Assembly (NCBI GenBank): GCA_023269235.1
Contig: JAHFTW010000002.1
Span: forward strand, 6,067-70,066
DNA from: Thermoplasmata archaeon
Lineage (GTDB): Archaea; Thermoplasmatota; E2; JACPAO01; JAHFTW01
Length of the DNA stretch: 64,000 bases
Direction of reading: 5' to 3'
A program made the position numbers and the translations under genes. Numbering within the stretch: position 1 is the first letter of the stretch; each line of letters opens with the position of its first letter. Below, one piece after another: positions 40,006-49,999 of the stretch. Below the pieces are notes generated by a model. The model was not told where the DNA came from. It ran no database searches and saw only the letters and a program-made list of their open reading frames with translations.

Positions 40006-40830
40006 ATGCGCGCTTTGCTGCTGACTGGACTCCTGGTGGCCCTCACCTTGGCCGGCTGCGCCTCGAAGGACACGACCTACGTCTGCACGACGGGCCCGGC
40101 GGCGGGCAAAACCATCGACCTCGCCAATGTCACCGGCAGCGACGCAAAGGGCTTCGACCCGGAGAGCGCCTGCCCCAAGCCGGTGCCGCCAAGCGTCGTC
40201 TTCAAGACCATCCCCGCCGCGATGACGGCCTACTTCCCCGCCAAGGTCGAGTGGACCGTGCTCCCCGGCACCTACGCCGAAGGCCACTCGATGCTGACCG
40301 TGGTCGCCGCGAGCCACCACCCCATCACCAGCGCGACCCCGACGCTTGCCGACTACGCATTCCAGTACGGCAAGAAAGAGCACCAGGAGGTTCCCCAGAC
40401 CTTCTCGACCACCCTCACCTTCACGGAGGAGGGCGCCCGCTACATGCGCCTCTTCGCCAACGTGCGCGGCGCCGGCCTCGCCGAGACGCCCTACTACAGC
40501 GACGAGGTCAAGATGACCATCCTGCCCGTGCCCGCCACCGGCAAGACCGTCGTGGCCACCCAGGCGCTCGGCGACCAGGTGGGGGGCTTCAAGGCGGACA
40601 GCACGAACCTCCAGCTCGGCGACGCCGTCGTCCTGCACAACGCGGATGCCCGCGGCCACGTCTTCACGTTCGCCGAGGTCCCCGCCGGCTTCCACAAGCC
40701 CGACCCCATGACGGTCGCGATGGGTGGCGACTCCCCGAGCGTCCTGCTGAACATCCCCGGCAGCTACCGCATCACGGTGGACGACGCGGTGGTCCAGCAG
40801 GTCACCCTCAGCGTCGCCGCCCCGGCCTGA
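40006..40830 (+). CDS. putative lipoprotein with a C-terminal cupredoxin-like fold
   Basis: LAGC lipobox; GD.V..HN.D...H.F and PGSY; the type-1 copper Cys is not evident. Confidence 0.6.
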   Translation: MRALLLTGLLVALTLAGCASKDTTYVCTTGPAAGKTIDLANVTGSDAKGFDPESACPKPVPPSVVFKTIPAAMTAYFPAKVEWTVLPGTYAEGHSMLTVVAASHHPITSATPTLADYAFQYGKKEHQEVPQTFSTTLTFTEEGARYMRLFANVRGAGLAETPYYSDEVKMTILPVPATGKTVVATQALGDQVGGFKADSTNLQLGDAVVLHNADARGHVFTFAEVPAGFHKPDPMTVAMGGDSPSVLLNIPGSYRITVDDAVVQQVTLSVAAPA

Positions 40831-40872
40831 GCGCGGGCGCAGGTTGAAGCCCGGGAACGTCCTCGGCCCAGC

Positions 40873-41718
40873 GTGGCCGGCCCCCTGGTGTCGTGCGAAG
40901 AGTTGGCGCAGCACCTGAACGACCCGTCCTGGCTCATTCTTGACTGCCGCTACGAGCTGGCGGACAAGGAGAAAGGGATCCGCGACCATGCCGCCAGCCA
41001 CATCCCGGGCGCCTACCACGCGCACGTGGACCGCGACCTCTCCGGGCCCGTCGGCGACGGCCGCAAAGGGCGCCACCCCCTCCCGCTCCCCGGCGCGTTC
41101 CCGCGCTTCCTCGGCGACCGCGGCGTCGGCCCCGACACGATGATCGTCGCCTACGACGATGCTGCCGGCCAATGGGCCAGCCGCGTCTGGTGGCTCGCGC
41201 GCCACCACGGCCACGCCAACGTCGCCGTTCTCGACGGTGGCTTGACCCGTTGGAAGGCCCTCCGCCTGCCGCTGCGCGCTGGCCACGAAAAACCGCGCCC
41301 CCCGACCCAGTTCAAGGGCGTCCCCGGCGCGATGCCCACGACGGACGCTGGCGCCATCGCGGCGGGCGGCATCACGCTGTTTGACGCGCGCGCGCCCGAA
41401 CGGTTCCGCGGCGAAGTCGAACCGGTGGACAAGCGCGCCGGCCACATCCCTGGCGCCCGCAGCATTCCTCTCGCAGGGAACGTCGGCCCCGACATGCGTT
41501 TCCTCCCAGCGGCCACGCTTCGTGCGCGCTTCGAGGCCGCCTTGCCCCCGGCCGGCGGGTCGGTTGCGTGCTACTGCGGCTCCGGCGTCACCGCGACCCA
41601 CAACGTCCTCGCCATGGAGGTCGCCGGCCTGCCGACGCCCGCGCTCTACCCGGGCTCCTGGTCCGAGTGGAGCTGGCCCGACGCAAAACGGCCCATCGCG
41701 ATGGGGCCGGAACCCTGA
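40873..41718 (+). CDS. sseA: two-domain rhodanese / 3-mercaptopyruvate sulfurtransferase
   Basis: HIPGA twice, GRHPLP, DAR..RF.G, CGSGVTA, LYPGSWSEW. Confidence 0.9.
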   Translation: MAGPLVSCEELAQHLNDPSWLILDCRYELADKEKGIRDHAASHIPGAYHAHVDRDLSGPVGDGRKGRHPLPLPGAFPRFLGDRGVGPDTMIVAYDDAAGQWASRVWWLARHHGHANVAVLDGGLTRWKALRLPLRAGHEKPRPPTQFKGVPGAMPTTDAGAIAAGGITLFDARAPERFRGEVEPVDKRAGHIPGARSIPLAGNVGPDMRFLPAATLRARFEAALPPAGGSVACYCGSGVTATHNVLAMEVAGLPTPALYPGSWSEWSWPDAKRPIAMGPEP

Positions 41719-41744
41719 AGCCCGCCACTTCATCGCGTCCTTCG

Positions 41745-42653
41745 ATGGCAAAGACGCCGGCCAAGAAGGCCGCGCCGCACGCGACGAAGGTCAAGCTCGG
41801 CCTGCTCCAGACGCACGCGTCCGACAAGGCGACGGACAACCTGGCCCGCACCCTGAAGCTCATCGACCAGGCCGCCAAGAAAGGCGCCAACGTCGTCTGC
41901 ACGCAGGAGCTGTTCCTCGGCCCATACTTTTGCCAGGAGGAGGACGCCGCTAACTTCGACCTCGCCGAGCCCATCCCCGGGCCGACGACGCAGGCGCTCG
42001 CCAAGAAGGCGAAGCAGCACGGCATCGTCATCGTGGCCTCGCTGTTCGAGAAGCGCGCGAAGGGCCTCTACCACAACACGGCCGTCGTCTTCGACACGGA
42101 CGGCACGATGCTGGGCACATACCGGAAAATGCACATCCCGGACGACCCGCGCTTCTACGAGAAATTCTACTTCACGCCGGGCGACGCCGACGCGAAGGGC
42201 GGCCCGTGGCGCGTCTTCGACACCAAGTTCGGCCGCATCGGCGTCCTGATTTGCTGGGACCAATGGTACCCGGAGGCCGCTCGCCTCACCGCGATGCAGG
42301 GTGCGGACATCCTCGTCTATCCCACGGCAATTGGCACCTGGACGGGCGAGATGGAGTACAAACCCATCCAGCACGACGCGTGGCGCACCATCCAGCGCTC
42401 CCACAGCGTCGCCAACGCCTGCTTCGTCGCCGCCATCAACCGCGTCGGCACCGAAGGCGACCTGCTGTTCTGGGGCGGTAGTTTCGTGAGCCGCCCGATG
42501 GGCGTCGTGGCCGCCGAGGCCGGCGACAAGGAGGAGGTTCTCGTCGTCGAGTGCGACCTGGCCGACATCGAACTCGCCCGCCGCGGCTGGCCTTTCTTTA
42601 GGGACCGTCGCGTGGACGCCTACGGCGGCCTGACGAAGCGGTTTGGTCACTGA
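41745..42653 (+). CDS. aguB: N-carbamoylputrescine amidase (carbon-nitrogen hydrolase)
   Basis: QELF, YRKMHIPDDP, ICWDQWYPEAAR, YPTAIG; adjacent to agmatine deiminase. Confidence 0.88.
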   Translation: MAKTPAKKAAPHATKVKLGLLQTHASDKATDNLARTLKLIDQAAKKGANVVCTQELFLGPYFCQEEDAANFDLAEPIPGPTTQALAKKAKQHGIVIVASLFEKRAKGLYHNTAVVFDTDGTMLGTYRKMHIPDDPRFYEKFYFTPGDADAKGGPWRVFDTKFGRIGVLICWDQWYPEAARLTAMQGADILVYPTAIGTWTGEMEYKPIQHDAWRTIQRSHSVANACFVAAINRVGTEGDLLFWGGSFVSRPMGVVAAEAGDKEEVLVVECDLADIELARRGWPFFRDRRVDAYGGLTKRFGH

Positions 42654-42697
42654 CGCGCCAGCGTCGCCTTGAAGTCCCGCACGCCTTCGCCGGAGCG

Positions 42698-43774
42698 ATG
42701 AGCCTGCGCGGACCGACCCCGACCCCCAAGGACTTGGGCTTCCGGATGCCGGCCGAGTGGGAGCCGCAGGAGTCCGTCTGGCTCGTGTGGCCGCGCGACC
42801 CGCTGACGTGGCCCGACCGCGTCGAGAAGGCGCGCGCCACGTTCCTCGCAGCGATGCGGCACATCACGCCGAGCCAGCGCGTGGACCTCGTCGTCCACCA
42901 CGACCTCCTCGCCGACGCGAAGAAGGCGGTCGCCGACGCCAGCCTGCGCAACGTCGCCTTCCACGCCGTGGATCATCAGGACTCCTGGATTCGCGACTAC
43001 GGGCCGCTCTACCTCGTCCGGCAAGGCAAGACGCCGGGCGCCGCGCGGGAACGGATGGCGGTGCGCTTCGGCTTCAACGCGTGGGGCAACAAGTACGAGT
43101 CCCTCCTGAAGGACCAGGGCGTCATCGCGCAACTGGGCGCCGCCATCGCAGCCCCGCTCCAGGCGGTCGAGATGGTGCTCGAAGGCGGCAGCCTCGACGT
43201 GGACGGCCAAGGCACGCTGCTCACCACGAAGCAGTGCCTCCTCAACGAGAACCGAAACCCGGACATGGACCAGGCCGCCATCGAAGCGAACCTCCGCGCC
43301 TACCTCGGCGTGGAAAAGGTCCTCTGGCTCGGCGACGGCATCGAAGGCGACGACACGGACGGCCATGTGGACGACATCACGCGCTTCGTGGCCCCCGGCG
43401 TCGTGGCGACCTGCGTCGAGGAGGACCGGAACCATCCCAACTTCAAGCCCCTCGACGAGAACCTGTGGGCCCTCCAGAACATGACGGACGCCCACGGCCG
43501 CCCGCTGCGCGTGGTCGAGCTTCCGATGCCGAAGGACATCCTCGCCGAGGGCGAGGTCCTGCCCGCGTCGCACGGCAACTTCCTCATCACGAACGGTGCC
43601 GTGCTAATGCCCGCGTTTGGGGGCCCCAGCGACGACGTCGCGCAGCGCCGCCTGCAGCAGTGCTTCAAGGACCGCCCCGTCGTCAAGCTCCCCTGCGCCG
43701 ACCTGGTGTGGGGCATGGGCGCCATCCACTGCCTGAGCCAGCAAATGCCAATGGGTCGTCCCGCCTTCCTGTAG
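42698..43774 (+). CDS. aguA: agmatine deiminase
   Basis: MPAEWE, WIRDYGP, FNAWG, LEGGS, DDTDGHVD, GAIHCLSQQ. Confidence 0.93.
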   Translation: MSLRGPTPTPKDLGFRMPAEWEPQESVWLVWPRDPLTWPDRVEKARATFLAAMRHITPSQRVDLVVHHDLLADAKKAVADASLRNVAFHAVDHQDSWIRDYGPLYLVRQGKTPGAARERMAVRFGFNAWGNKYESLLKDQGVIAQLGAAIAAPLQAVEMVLEGGSLDVDGQGTLLTTKQCLLNENRNPDMDQAAIEANLRAYLGVEKVLWLGDGIEGDDTDGHVDDITRFVAPGVVATCVEEDRNHPNFKPLDENLWALQNMTDAHGRPLRVVELPMPKDILAEGEVLPASHGNFLITNGAVLMPAFGGPSDDVAQRRLQQCFKDRPVVKLPCADLVWGMGAIHCLSQQMPMGRPAFL

Positions 43775-43827
43775 GGCCGGCCCCGGCAACGGACGATTTC
43801 AAGAACATCCTCCCCGTCGGTCGTGGC

Positions 43828-45279
43828 ATGGCCCACCTGAGCGCTTCCTACTCCATCACGCTGCGGCTGCAGATTGACAACAAGCCGGGCATGCTCGGAA
43901 AAATTGCGACGCGCCTTGGCGAACTGGGCGGCTCCATCGGCGCGATCGACATGGTGCGCACCGAGAAAGGCGGCGCCGTCTTGATTCGCGACATCACGGT
44001 GGACTGCTCCTCGGAGGAGCACGCGCAGAAGGTCCAAGCCGGCGTCAACGACATGGAAGGCGTGACCGTGGCGGCCGTGAGCGACCGCGTCTTCCTGGCC
44101 CATCTCGGCGGCAAGATCACCGTCAACTCCAAGATCCCGCTCAAGACGCGCGACGACCTCAGCATCGCCTACACGCCGGGCGTCGCCCGCGTCTGCTGGG
44201 CCATCGCGAAGGACAAGTCCGCCTCGCACAACCTCACCATCCGCAAGAACACGGTCGCGGTCGTCTCCGACGGGTCCGCCATCCTCGGCATCGGCAACCT
44301 CGGCCCCGAGGCCGCGATGCCGGTCATGGAGGGCAAGGCGCAGCTCTTCAAGGAGTTCGCCGGCGTGGACGCCTTCCCGCTCTGCATCGACGTCCACGAC
44401 GTGGATGGCATCGTCAACTTCGTCAAGGCCATCGCACCCACGTTCGGCGGCATCAACCTGGAGGACATCGCGGCCCCCAAGTGCTTCGAGATCGAGCGCC
44501 GCCTCAAGACCGAGGTGGACATCCCGGTCTTCCACGACGACCAGCACGGCACCGCCATCGTCATGCTCGCGGCGCTCACCAACGCCGCCAAGATCGTGAA
44601 GAAGGACCTCAAGGGCCTCAAGGTCGTCGTCAACGGTGTCGGCGCCTCCGGGACCGCCTGCTCCAAGATCATGCTCGCCGCGGGCGTCAAGGACGTCGTC
44701 GGCTGCGACACGAAGGGCGTCGTCCACAAGGGCCGCACCGACTTGAACCCGGAGAAACTCGAGTACGCGAACCTCACCAACCCCCGCAACGTCACCGGCA
44801 CCGTGCGCGACGCCCTCAAGGGCGCCGACGTCTTCGTCGGCCTCTCGTCGGCGAACCTCCTCAAGCGCGCCGACATCCAGTCCATGGCCAAGTCGCCCAT
44901 CGTGTTCGCGATGGCGAACCCCGACCCCGAGATCACCCCCGAGGAGGCCGGCGACGCCGTGGCCGTCATGGCGACCGGCCGCAGCGACTACCCCAACCAG
45001 ATCAACAACGTGCTCGCCTTCCCCGGCGTCTTCCGCGGCGCCCTGGACGCGCAGGCCACCGACATCAACGAGGAGATGAAGGTCGCCGCCGCCAAGGCCA
45101 TCGCAAGCCTCGTCCTCCCCGAGGAGCTGTCGCCCGACTACATCATCCCCAGCACCTTCAACCCGAAGGTCGGCCCCACCGTCGCCAAGGCCGTCAAGGA
45201 GGCCGCCATCGCCACGGGCATCTGCCGCAAGAAGTCCAGCACGGGCGCCCCCGTCGCGCTGGAGCACATGAACGGCTAA
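43828..45279 (+). CDS. NAD(P)-dependent malic enzyme with an N-terminal ACT domain
   Basis: NKPGMLG (ACT), YTPGVA, VMEGKA, NLEDI, HDDQHGTA, NQINNVLAFPG. Confidence 0.92.
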   Translation: MAHLSASYSITLRLQIDNKPGMLGKIATRLGELGGSIGAIDMVRTEKGGAVLIRDITVDCSSEEHAQKVQAGVNDMEGVTVAAVSDRVFLAHLGGKITVNSKIPLKTRDDLSIAYTPGVARVCWAIAKDKSASHNLTIRKNTVAVVSDGSAILGIGNLGPEAAMPVMEGKAQLFKEFAGVDAFPLCIDVHDVDGIVNFVKAIAPTFGGINLEDIAAPKCFEIERRLKTEVDIPVFHDDQHGTAIVMLAALTNAAKIVKKDLKGLKVVVNGVGASGTACSKIMLAAGVKDVVGCDTKGVVHKGRTDLNPEKLEYANLTNPRNVTGTVRDALKGADVFVGLSSANLLKRADIQSMAKSPIVFAMANPDPEITPEEAGDAVAVMATGRSDYPNQINNVLAFPGVFRGALDAQATDINEEMKVAAAKAIASLVLPEELSPDYIIPSTFNPKVGPTVAKAVKEAAIATGICRKKSSTGAPVALEHMNG

Positions 45280-45289
45280 CCCGTTCGAC

Positions 45290-45817
45290 TCAGACGGACG
45301 GCTTGCCCGGCTTCGACAGCCACCACGCGACAGCGGCCGCCAACATGGCGACGACGGCGATCTCCCACCCGACATGGGGCGCGCCGCTCACGAGACTAGG
45401 GTTCCCGGTGACGTTGTCCACATAGGAGCGGGAGCCCCAGAACGGGAACTCGACGGGCCAGAGCCAGCATGACGCGCACGCGGCAAGAAGAACGAGGGTG
45501 GAGCGGCCCATGTCGCGACGGAAGCGGGCTGGCTCGTGGCGCCAGCTCGAGGCCGCGACGCGGAAGAACAGCACCAGGATGGCCAGGGCGAGGAGGGCGA
45601 TGGTAAGCCACTGCGCCCAGACGCGCGCGACCTCCCCGGTCTGGTCCCAGAGCCAGACCGGCTCCACCAGGTCGCCGCTGACGCCGTCGAGAGTCGCGTT
45701 GAGCCCCCACCAGGGCGTGATGAGGCTGGTCGCGGCGAGGACGAACGCGAGGAGGGCGAACCAGTTTGCGCGCCGCAGGCCAGGCTCCTCGGGGCGCTCG
45801 ATTTGCGTCTCCTCCAT
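45290..45817 (-). CDS. hypothetical membrane protein (about 4 TM)
   Basis: Hydrophobic segments, PWW motif, GGAG SD. Confidence 0.6.
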   Translation of the reverse strand: MEETQIERPEEPGLRRANWFALLAFVLAATSLITPWWGLNATLDGVSGDLVEPVWLWDQTGEVARVWAQWLTIALLALAILVLFFRVAASSWRHEPARFRRDMGRSTLVLLAACASCWLWPVEFPFWGSRSYVDNVTGNPSLVSGAPHVGWEIAVVAMLAAAVAWWLSKPGKPSV

Positions 45818-45886
45818 GCTCCTCCCAGGAGGGGCTTGGGCATGAGGGTTGCGAAACCCCAAGAGGGCCCCGTCCCTTGCGGGGGC

Positions 45887-46117
45887 ATGGGCAACGAGCT
45901 GACGGGCAGCCTCACCGGCACGGGCGCGAAGATGAAAGCCGAGATCGGGACCGGCGTCGTCGTCTTCCGCGGCGCCTTCAAGGCCGAGGTGCCGTTCAAG
46001 GAGATCGTCGCCGAGGCCCGCGGCACCCTGCTCATCCTCTCGACGCGCGGCCACGTCGTGCAGCTCGCCGGTGGCGCGAAGGCGGCCTCGATGGCGGCCA
46101 AGATTCGGGCAGGATGA
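45887..46117 (+). CDS. small hypothetical protein
   Basis: 76-aa ORF with host-like codon usage filling the gap between genes. Confidence 0.55.
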   Translation: MGNELTGSLTGTGAKMKAEIGTGVVVFRGAFKAEVPFKEIVAEARGTLLILSTRGHVVQLAGGAKAASMAAKIRAG

Positions 46118-46121
46118 CGCC

Positions 46122-46505
46122 GTGAAATTTCTTGTTCTCGTGTGCGTGTTCCTGGTGCTGGCCGGCTGCGCGACGCCGAGCGGGACTCCGACGTCCGGGG
46201 GTGGCGGAGTGCGCGGGACGGTTTGGTACGGTGCCACCTGTCCCGTCCAGCGCGATCCGCCGGACCCAAACTGCGCGGACCGTGTGTACCAGACCACGCT
46301 CGAACTCACCACTGCGGAAGGGACGTTGCTGCGGACCTTTGGCTCCGGCGCCGACGGGGTGTTCCAAGTGGAGGTCGGACCTGGGACCTATGCGATTCGC
46401 TCGCCGCCGCAACCTAGTTTGCCCAGGTGTTCCGCGGGGCCGTTCGAGGTCGTCGCGGGGAATTACACGGTCGCAGACGTCCATTGCGATTCTGGAATTC
46501 GCTAA
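46122..46505 (+). CDS. putative lipoprotein, carboxypeptidase-regulatory-like beta-sandwich
   Basis: LAGC lipobox; TCPV...PPDPNCAD; PGTY; CDSGIR. Confidence 0.7.
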   Translation: MKFLVLVCVFLVLAGCATPSGTPTSGGGGVRGTVWYGATCPVQRDPPDPNCADRVYQTTLELTTAEGTLLRTFGSGADGVFQVEVGPGTYAIRSPPQPSLPRCSAGPFEVVAGNYTVADVHCDSGIR

Positions 46506-46855
46506 GCCGCGACGGGTTCAGCACTCTTTTGGGCGGCCGCGACGACGGCGAGGATGCCCGCGCCGTAGCGTTCCGCCTTGCTCGCACCGATGCCGCGCAC
46601 CGCCTGCAACTGCCCCAGCTCGGCAGGGCGGGCCTGCTCGATGGCGCGCAGCACGGCGTCGCTCGCGATGATGTAGGGCGGCACCTGCTGCGTCCGCGCT
46701 TCCTGGGTGCGCCACTGGCGCAGCGCGGCGAAGAGCGGGCCGCCGGCGCGCGGGAGGGCGTTGGTGCGCAGGGCGCGCTGGAACGTGGCGAGGGCGGTCT
46801 CGAGGTCGGTCGTGGCTTGCGCCAGGTCGGGCGTGGATGCTCCGGGGTCGGGCAT
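46502..46855 (-). CDS. stand-alone HRDC domain protein
   Basis: LFAALRQWR..EA....VPPYII.SD..L; V.GIG..K.ERYG..IL. Confidence 0.85.
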   Translation of the reverse strand: MPDPGASTPDLAQATTDLETALATFQRALRTNALPRAGGPLFAALRQWRTQEARTQQVPPYIIASDAVLRAIEQARPAELGQLQAVRGIGASKAERYGAGILAVVAAAQKSAEPVAA

Positions 46856-46910
46856 GGGGTTTCCGAAGACTGCTCACGGGATACGCTGGATGGACAGGTC
46901 TTGGCCTGTC

Positions 46911-47279
46911 TCAGGCCGGCCAGTCCTTCCGGAGAGGGTCGCCATCGTCGAGGGTCGCGATCTGGCGCGCCCCGCAACGTCGGGCGTGTTCCTGCCACGC
47001 CGGGCCATGGTCCTCGTCCTCGTCGAACAGGAGGGCCGCCGCGTGGGCCACCTCGTGCCGCGCCGCCTCCAGCAGCAGGTCGCCTTGGACGTGGGCGGAG
47101 AGCAGAAACGGCCTGAGCACGCGCCATGGTCCGGCCCCGTGCGTCCGAGTCATGGAGAAGATGTCTTTCCGGTCCACCACCTCGACGCCGGGGAAGGCCG
47201 GCAGTGTCCCACGGTACACGTCGTGGTTGAGCCGCTCGTATTCCTGCCGGAAGCGGGCGGCGGCGTCGGGCACGGTCAC
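46911..47279 (-). CDS. SprT-like zinc metalloprotease
   Basis: HEVAH...HGPAW motif; Y..LN..VY.G.LP N-terminus. Confidence 0.75.
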   Translation of the reverse strand: MTVPDAAARFRQEYERLNHDVYRGTLPAFPGVEVVDRKDIFSMTRTHGAGPWRVLRPFLLSAHVQGDLLLEAARHEVAHAAALLFDEDEDHGPAWQEHARRCGARQIATLDDGDPLRKDWPA

Positions 47280-47318
47280 TTGGCCGACGCGAGGCGTGCG
47301 CCCGCCTTGAACGCCACG

Positions 47319-48797
47319 CTAGTGGACGGGCATCGCAGCGGGGCCGGCCGACGGGGCCTTGACGCGCAGCAGGAAACCGGCGAGCAGGGCGGCCACGATG
47401 GCGCACGCCGCGCCAGCGACGAAGGCGGCATGGTAGCCGCCGTTGAGGGCCGCAACGGGGCCGAATCCTTGGCCGGTGAAGACCGCAGACCGTGAGGCGG
47501 CGAGGCTTGCAAGCCCGGCGAGGCCCAACGCGCCGCCCATCATGAACGAGGTGTTGACGAGCCCCGACGCGAGGCCGGCTTCCTCCGGCTTGGCGTCACT
47601 CATGGCCGCCAGGAAGAGCGGGTTGAACGCCATGCCGGCGCCAACACCGAGGATGAGCATGCCCGGCACAACGTCCACCCACACGTCGCCGCCGACGGGG
47701 GCGCGCGCGAAGAGCAGGAGGCCGACCGCGGCAAGCAGGAGGCCGACCGCCATGGGGCCGCGGATGCCGAACTTGTTGACCATGCGCGCGGAGAGGCCGA
47801 CCGAGAAGGCGGCCATGATGGCGTCGGCGGGCACGAACGCGAGGCCAGTCGTCTGCGCGTCGAGGCCCAGGACGCTCTGCATGTAGAGCGAGATGAGGAA
47901 GAACCACGCGAACATGGCGGCGGCCCACAGGACGCCCGCGATGTTGGTGACGACGATGTTGCGCGACTTGAACAACGACAGCGGGACGAGCGGGTTGGCG
48001 ACCTTCTTCTCGATGGCGATGAAAAGGGCTACGAGCGCCACCGCGCCGGCGAAGCGCAGGAGGGTCGCCTGCGAGGTCCAGCCTTCGTCCTTGGCCTGCA
48101 CGACGGCGTACACGGCGAGCAGGAGGGCGCTCGTGATGGTGGCCGCTCCGGCGACGTCGAGGCGGCCGGACTTGACGCCCTTGATGTCGGGCACCGTCGC
48201 CATCGTGCCGAAATAGACCGCGATGCCGATGGGGATGTTGATGAGGAAGTTCCAGTGCCAGTCGAAGTGCGCCGTGATGTAGCCGCCCACGACCGCGCCG
48301 AGGGCGCCGCCGCCGGAGGCGATGAAGGCGAAGATGCCCATCGCCTTGGCGCGCTCCGGGCCGTCCGCGAAGAGCGTCATGATGATGGAGAGCGACACGG
48401 CCGCGACCACGGCCGCGCCGAGGCCTTGGATGGCACGCGCCACGATGAGGACGACCTGGGAGTGCGCGACGCCGCACAGCAGCGAGGCGCCCGTGAAGAC
48501 CGCGAGGCCGACGAGGAAGACGCGACGCGGTCCGAACAGGTCGCCCATGCGGCCCGCGAGCAGCAGGAAGCCGCCGAAGGTGAGAAGGTACGCATTGACG
48601 ACCCACGCGAGGCCGGCCTGCGAGAAGCCCAGGTCGGCGCCGATCTTGGTGAGCGCGAGATTCGCGATGGTCGTGTCGAGGACGTTCATGAGCGTCCCGA
48701 TGCCCATGACGGCGAAGGCAAGCCAGCGGATGCGGTTGCTCAGGCCGTGCGCGGCGGACGGCGCCGCGACGGGCGTGGGGACAGGAAGCTCGGTCAT
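47319..48797 (-). CDS. DHA2 (EmrB/QacA-like) MFS efflux permease
   Basis: LD.TI.N.AL, WVVNAY.L, GRMGDLFG.RR, W.FLINIPIG; 14 TM. Confidence 0.92.
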   Translation of the reverse strand: MTELPVPTPVAAPSAAHGLSNRIRWLAFAVMGIGTLMNVLDTTIANLALTKIGADLGFSQAGLAWVVNAYLLTFGGFLLLAGRMGDLFGPRRVFLVGLAVFTGASLLCGVAHSQVVLIVARAIQGLGAAVVAAVSLSIIMTLFADGPERAKAMGIFAFIASGGGALGAVVGGYITAHFDWHWNFLINIPIGIAVYFGTMATVPDIKGVKSGRLDVAGAATITSALLLAVYAVVQAKDEGWTSQATLLRFAGAVALVALFIAIEKKVANPLVPLSLFKSRNIVVTNIAGVLWAAAMFAWFFLISLYMQSVLGLDAQTTGLAFVPADAIMAAFSVGLSARMVNKFGIRGPMAVGLLLAAVGLLLFARAPVGGDVWVDVVPGMLILGVGAGMAFNPLFLAAMSDAKPEEAGLASGLVNTSFMMGGALGLAGLASLAASRSAVFTGQGFGPVAALNGGYHAAFVAGAACAIVAALLAGFLLRVKAPSAGPAAMPVH

Positions 48798-48809
48798 GCG
48801 GAAATCCGG

Positions 48810-49601
48810 TTACGTGCCTGGCTTGAAAGCCTCGACGAGGGCGAGGCGCATCGGCTCCGGCTTGACGGCGTGCGTTTGGCCAGGGACGACCCTGTGCTGG
48901 GCCTTGGGGACGGCCTTCGCGACGGCCTCGGCGGCGGCCTTGAGGTTGGGCGCCGTCTTGCCGCCATTGGCGACGAGGGTGGGCACCTTGACCTTCGCGA
49001 GCACGGCGGTGGGGACGACGAAGCGGTCCATGATGGCCGCGTCGTAGGGCAGCGTGTGGGCGACCGACTTCATGGTCTTCCACATCGGCAGGAGTTTCAT
49101 GAACGCGACGCCGATGGCGGGGACGCCGACGGTGCGCATGAAGTACGCCACGGCCTCACTGCGCTGGTCGTTGGCGCGGAACGCCTCGAGCTTGGGCTTG
49201 AACTCCGTGTCCGGCTTGCCTCCGGGGGCGGCGGCCACGAACGGCGGCTCGTAGGCGTAGAGCTGCTGCATCGGGACCCCGCCGGCCGCTGCATGGAGTG
49301 CGAGGGCCGCGCCCGACGAGAACCCGACGACGAACGGCTTGCCTCCGGCAGCGGCGCAGACGGCGGCGAGGTCGTCAATCTCTTTTTGGACGGTGTACGT
49401 CGGGTTGTCGCCGGAGTCGCCGCGGCCACGGCGGTCGTAGCTGTACACGGTGAACGATTTGGCGAGGTTCTCGGCCATCTTGCGGGCGAAGACGAACGTG
49501 CGAATGGCGAGCGCGCCGGGCACGATGACGAGCGGCGGGCCGCTTCCGAGTTTGTCGTAGCCGATCTGGGTTCCGTCCTTGCTGGTCACGAAGTTGGTCA
49601 T
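48810..49601 (-). CDS. alpha/beta hydrolase
   Basis: SKDGT.I, YDRRGRGDS, GFSSG nucleophile elbow, GQTH. Confidence 0.88.
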   Translation of the reverse strand: MTNFVTSKDGTQIGYDKLGSGPPLVIVPGALAIRTFVFARKMAENLAKSFTVYSYDRRGRGDSGDNPTYTVQKEIDDLAAVCAAAGGKPFVVGFSSGAALALHAAAGGVPMQQLYAYEPPFVAAAPGGKPDTEFKPKLEAFRANDQRSEAVAYFMRTVGVPAIGVAFMKLLPMWKTMKSVAHTLPYDAAIMDRFVVPTAVLAKVKVPTLVANGGKTAPNLKAAAEAVAKAVPKAQHRVVPGQTHAVKPEPMRLALVEAFKPGT

Positions 49602-49990
49602 GCGGATTCCTCCTTGGCGATGGCGACGGCCTGCTTGAGCAGACGCACCAGTTTGACCTTTGGCACGGCGCCGGGCTTCGTGAGCTTGACGGCGCGGTAC
49701 GTGGCACTCGTGCTGGGCTCGAAGAGTCCGTCCGCGTCGTCGATGCGGGCGCCGCGCGTCAGGCCGAGCGAGGCGTGCCTTGTGAAGATGGAGACGTGCG
49801 CGAAGCCGACGCCGTCCTTCACGGCCCACGTCGGCATCTGGTGGTACAGGTCCTCCTCGGCGTCCTTCACGGTGGAGCGGATGAGGTCGGCGAGCCAGCG
49901 GCCAGCTTCTCCGGGCTCGCCGAGCCCGGCCTCAAGAACGCGCTCGACCTTGGGATTGCGTTTTTGCGGATCCTTGAGGCGGAACGTCAT
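49598..49990 (-). CDS. DUF1801 (YdhG-like) protein
   Basis: MPTW, H.SLG..RGA.I.D..GL.E pattern. Confidence 0.7.
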   Translation of the reverse strand: MTFRLKDPQKRNPKVERVLEAGLGEPGEAGRWLADLIRSTVKDAEEDLYHQMPTWAVKDGVGFAHVSIFTRHASLGLTRGARIDDADGLFEPSTSATYRAVKLTKPGAVPKVKLVRLLKQAVAIAKEESA

Positions 49991-49999
49991 GCGGACACC

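Noticed and set aside
40006-40830. Blue copper protein call
   Set aside because: The fold pattern is cupredoxin-like but the C-terminal Cys/His/Met ligands are absent.
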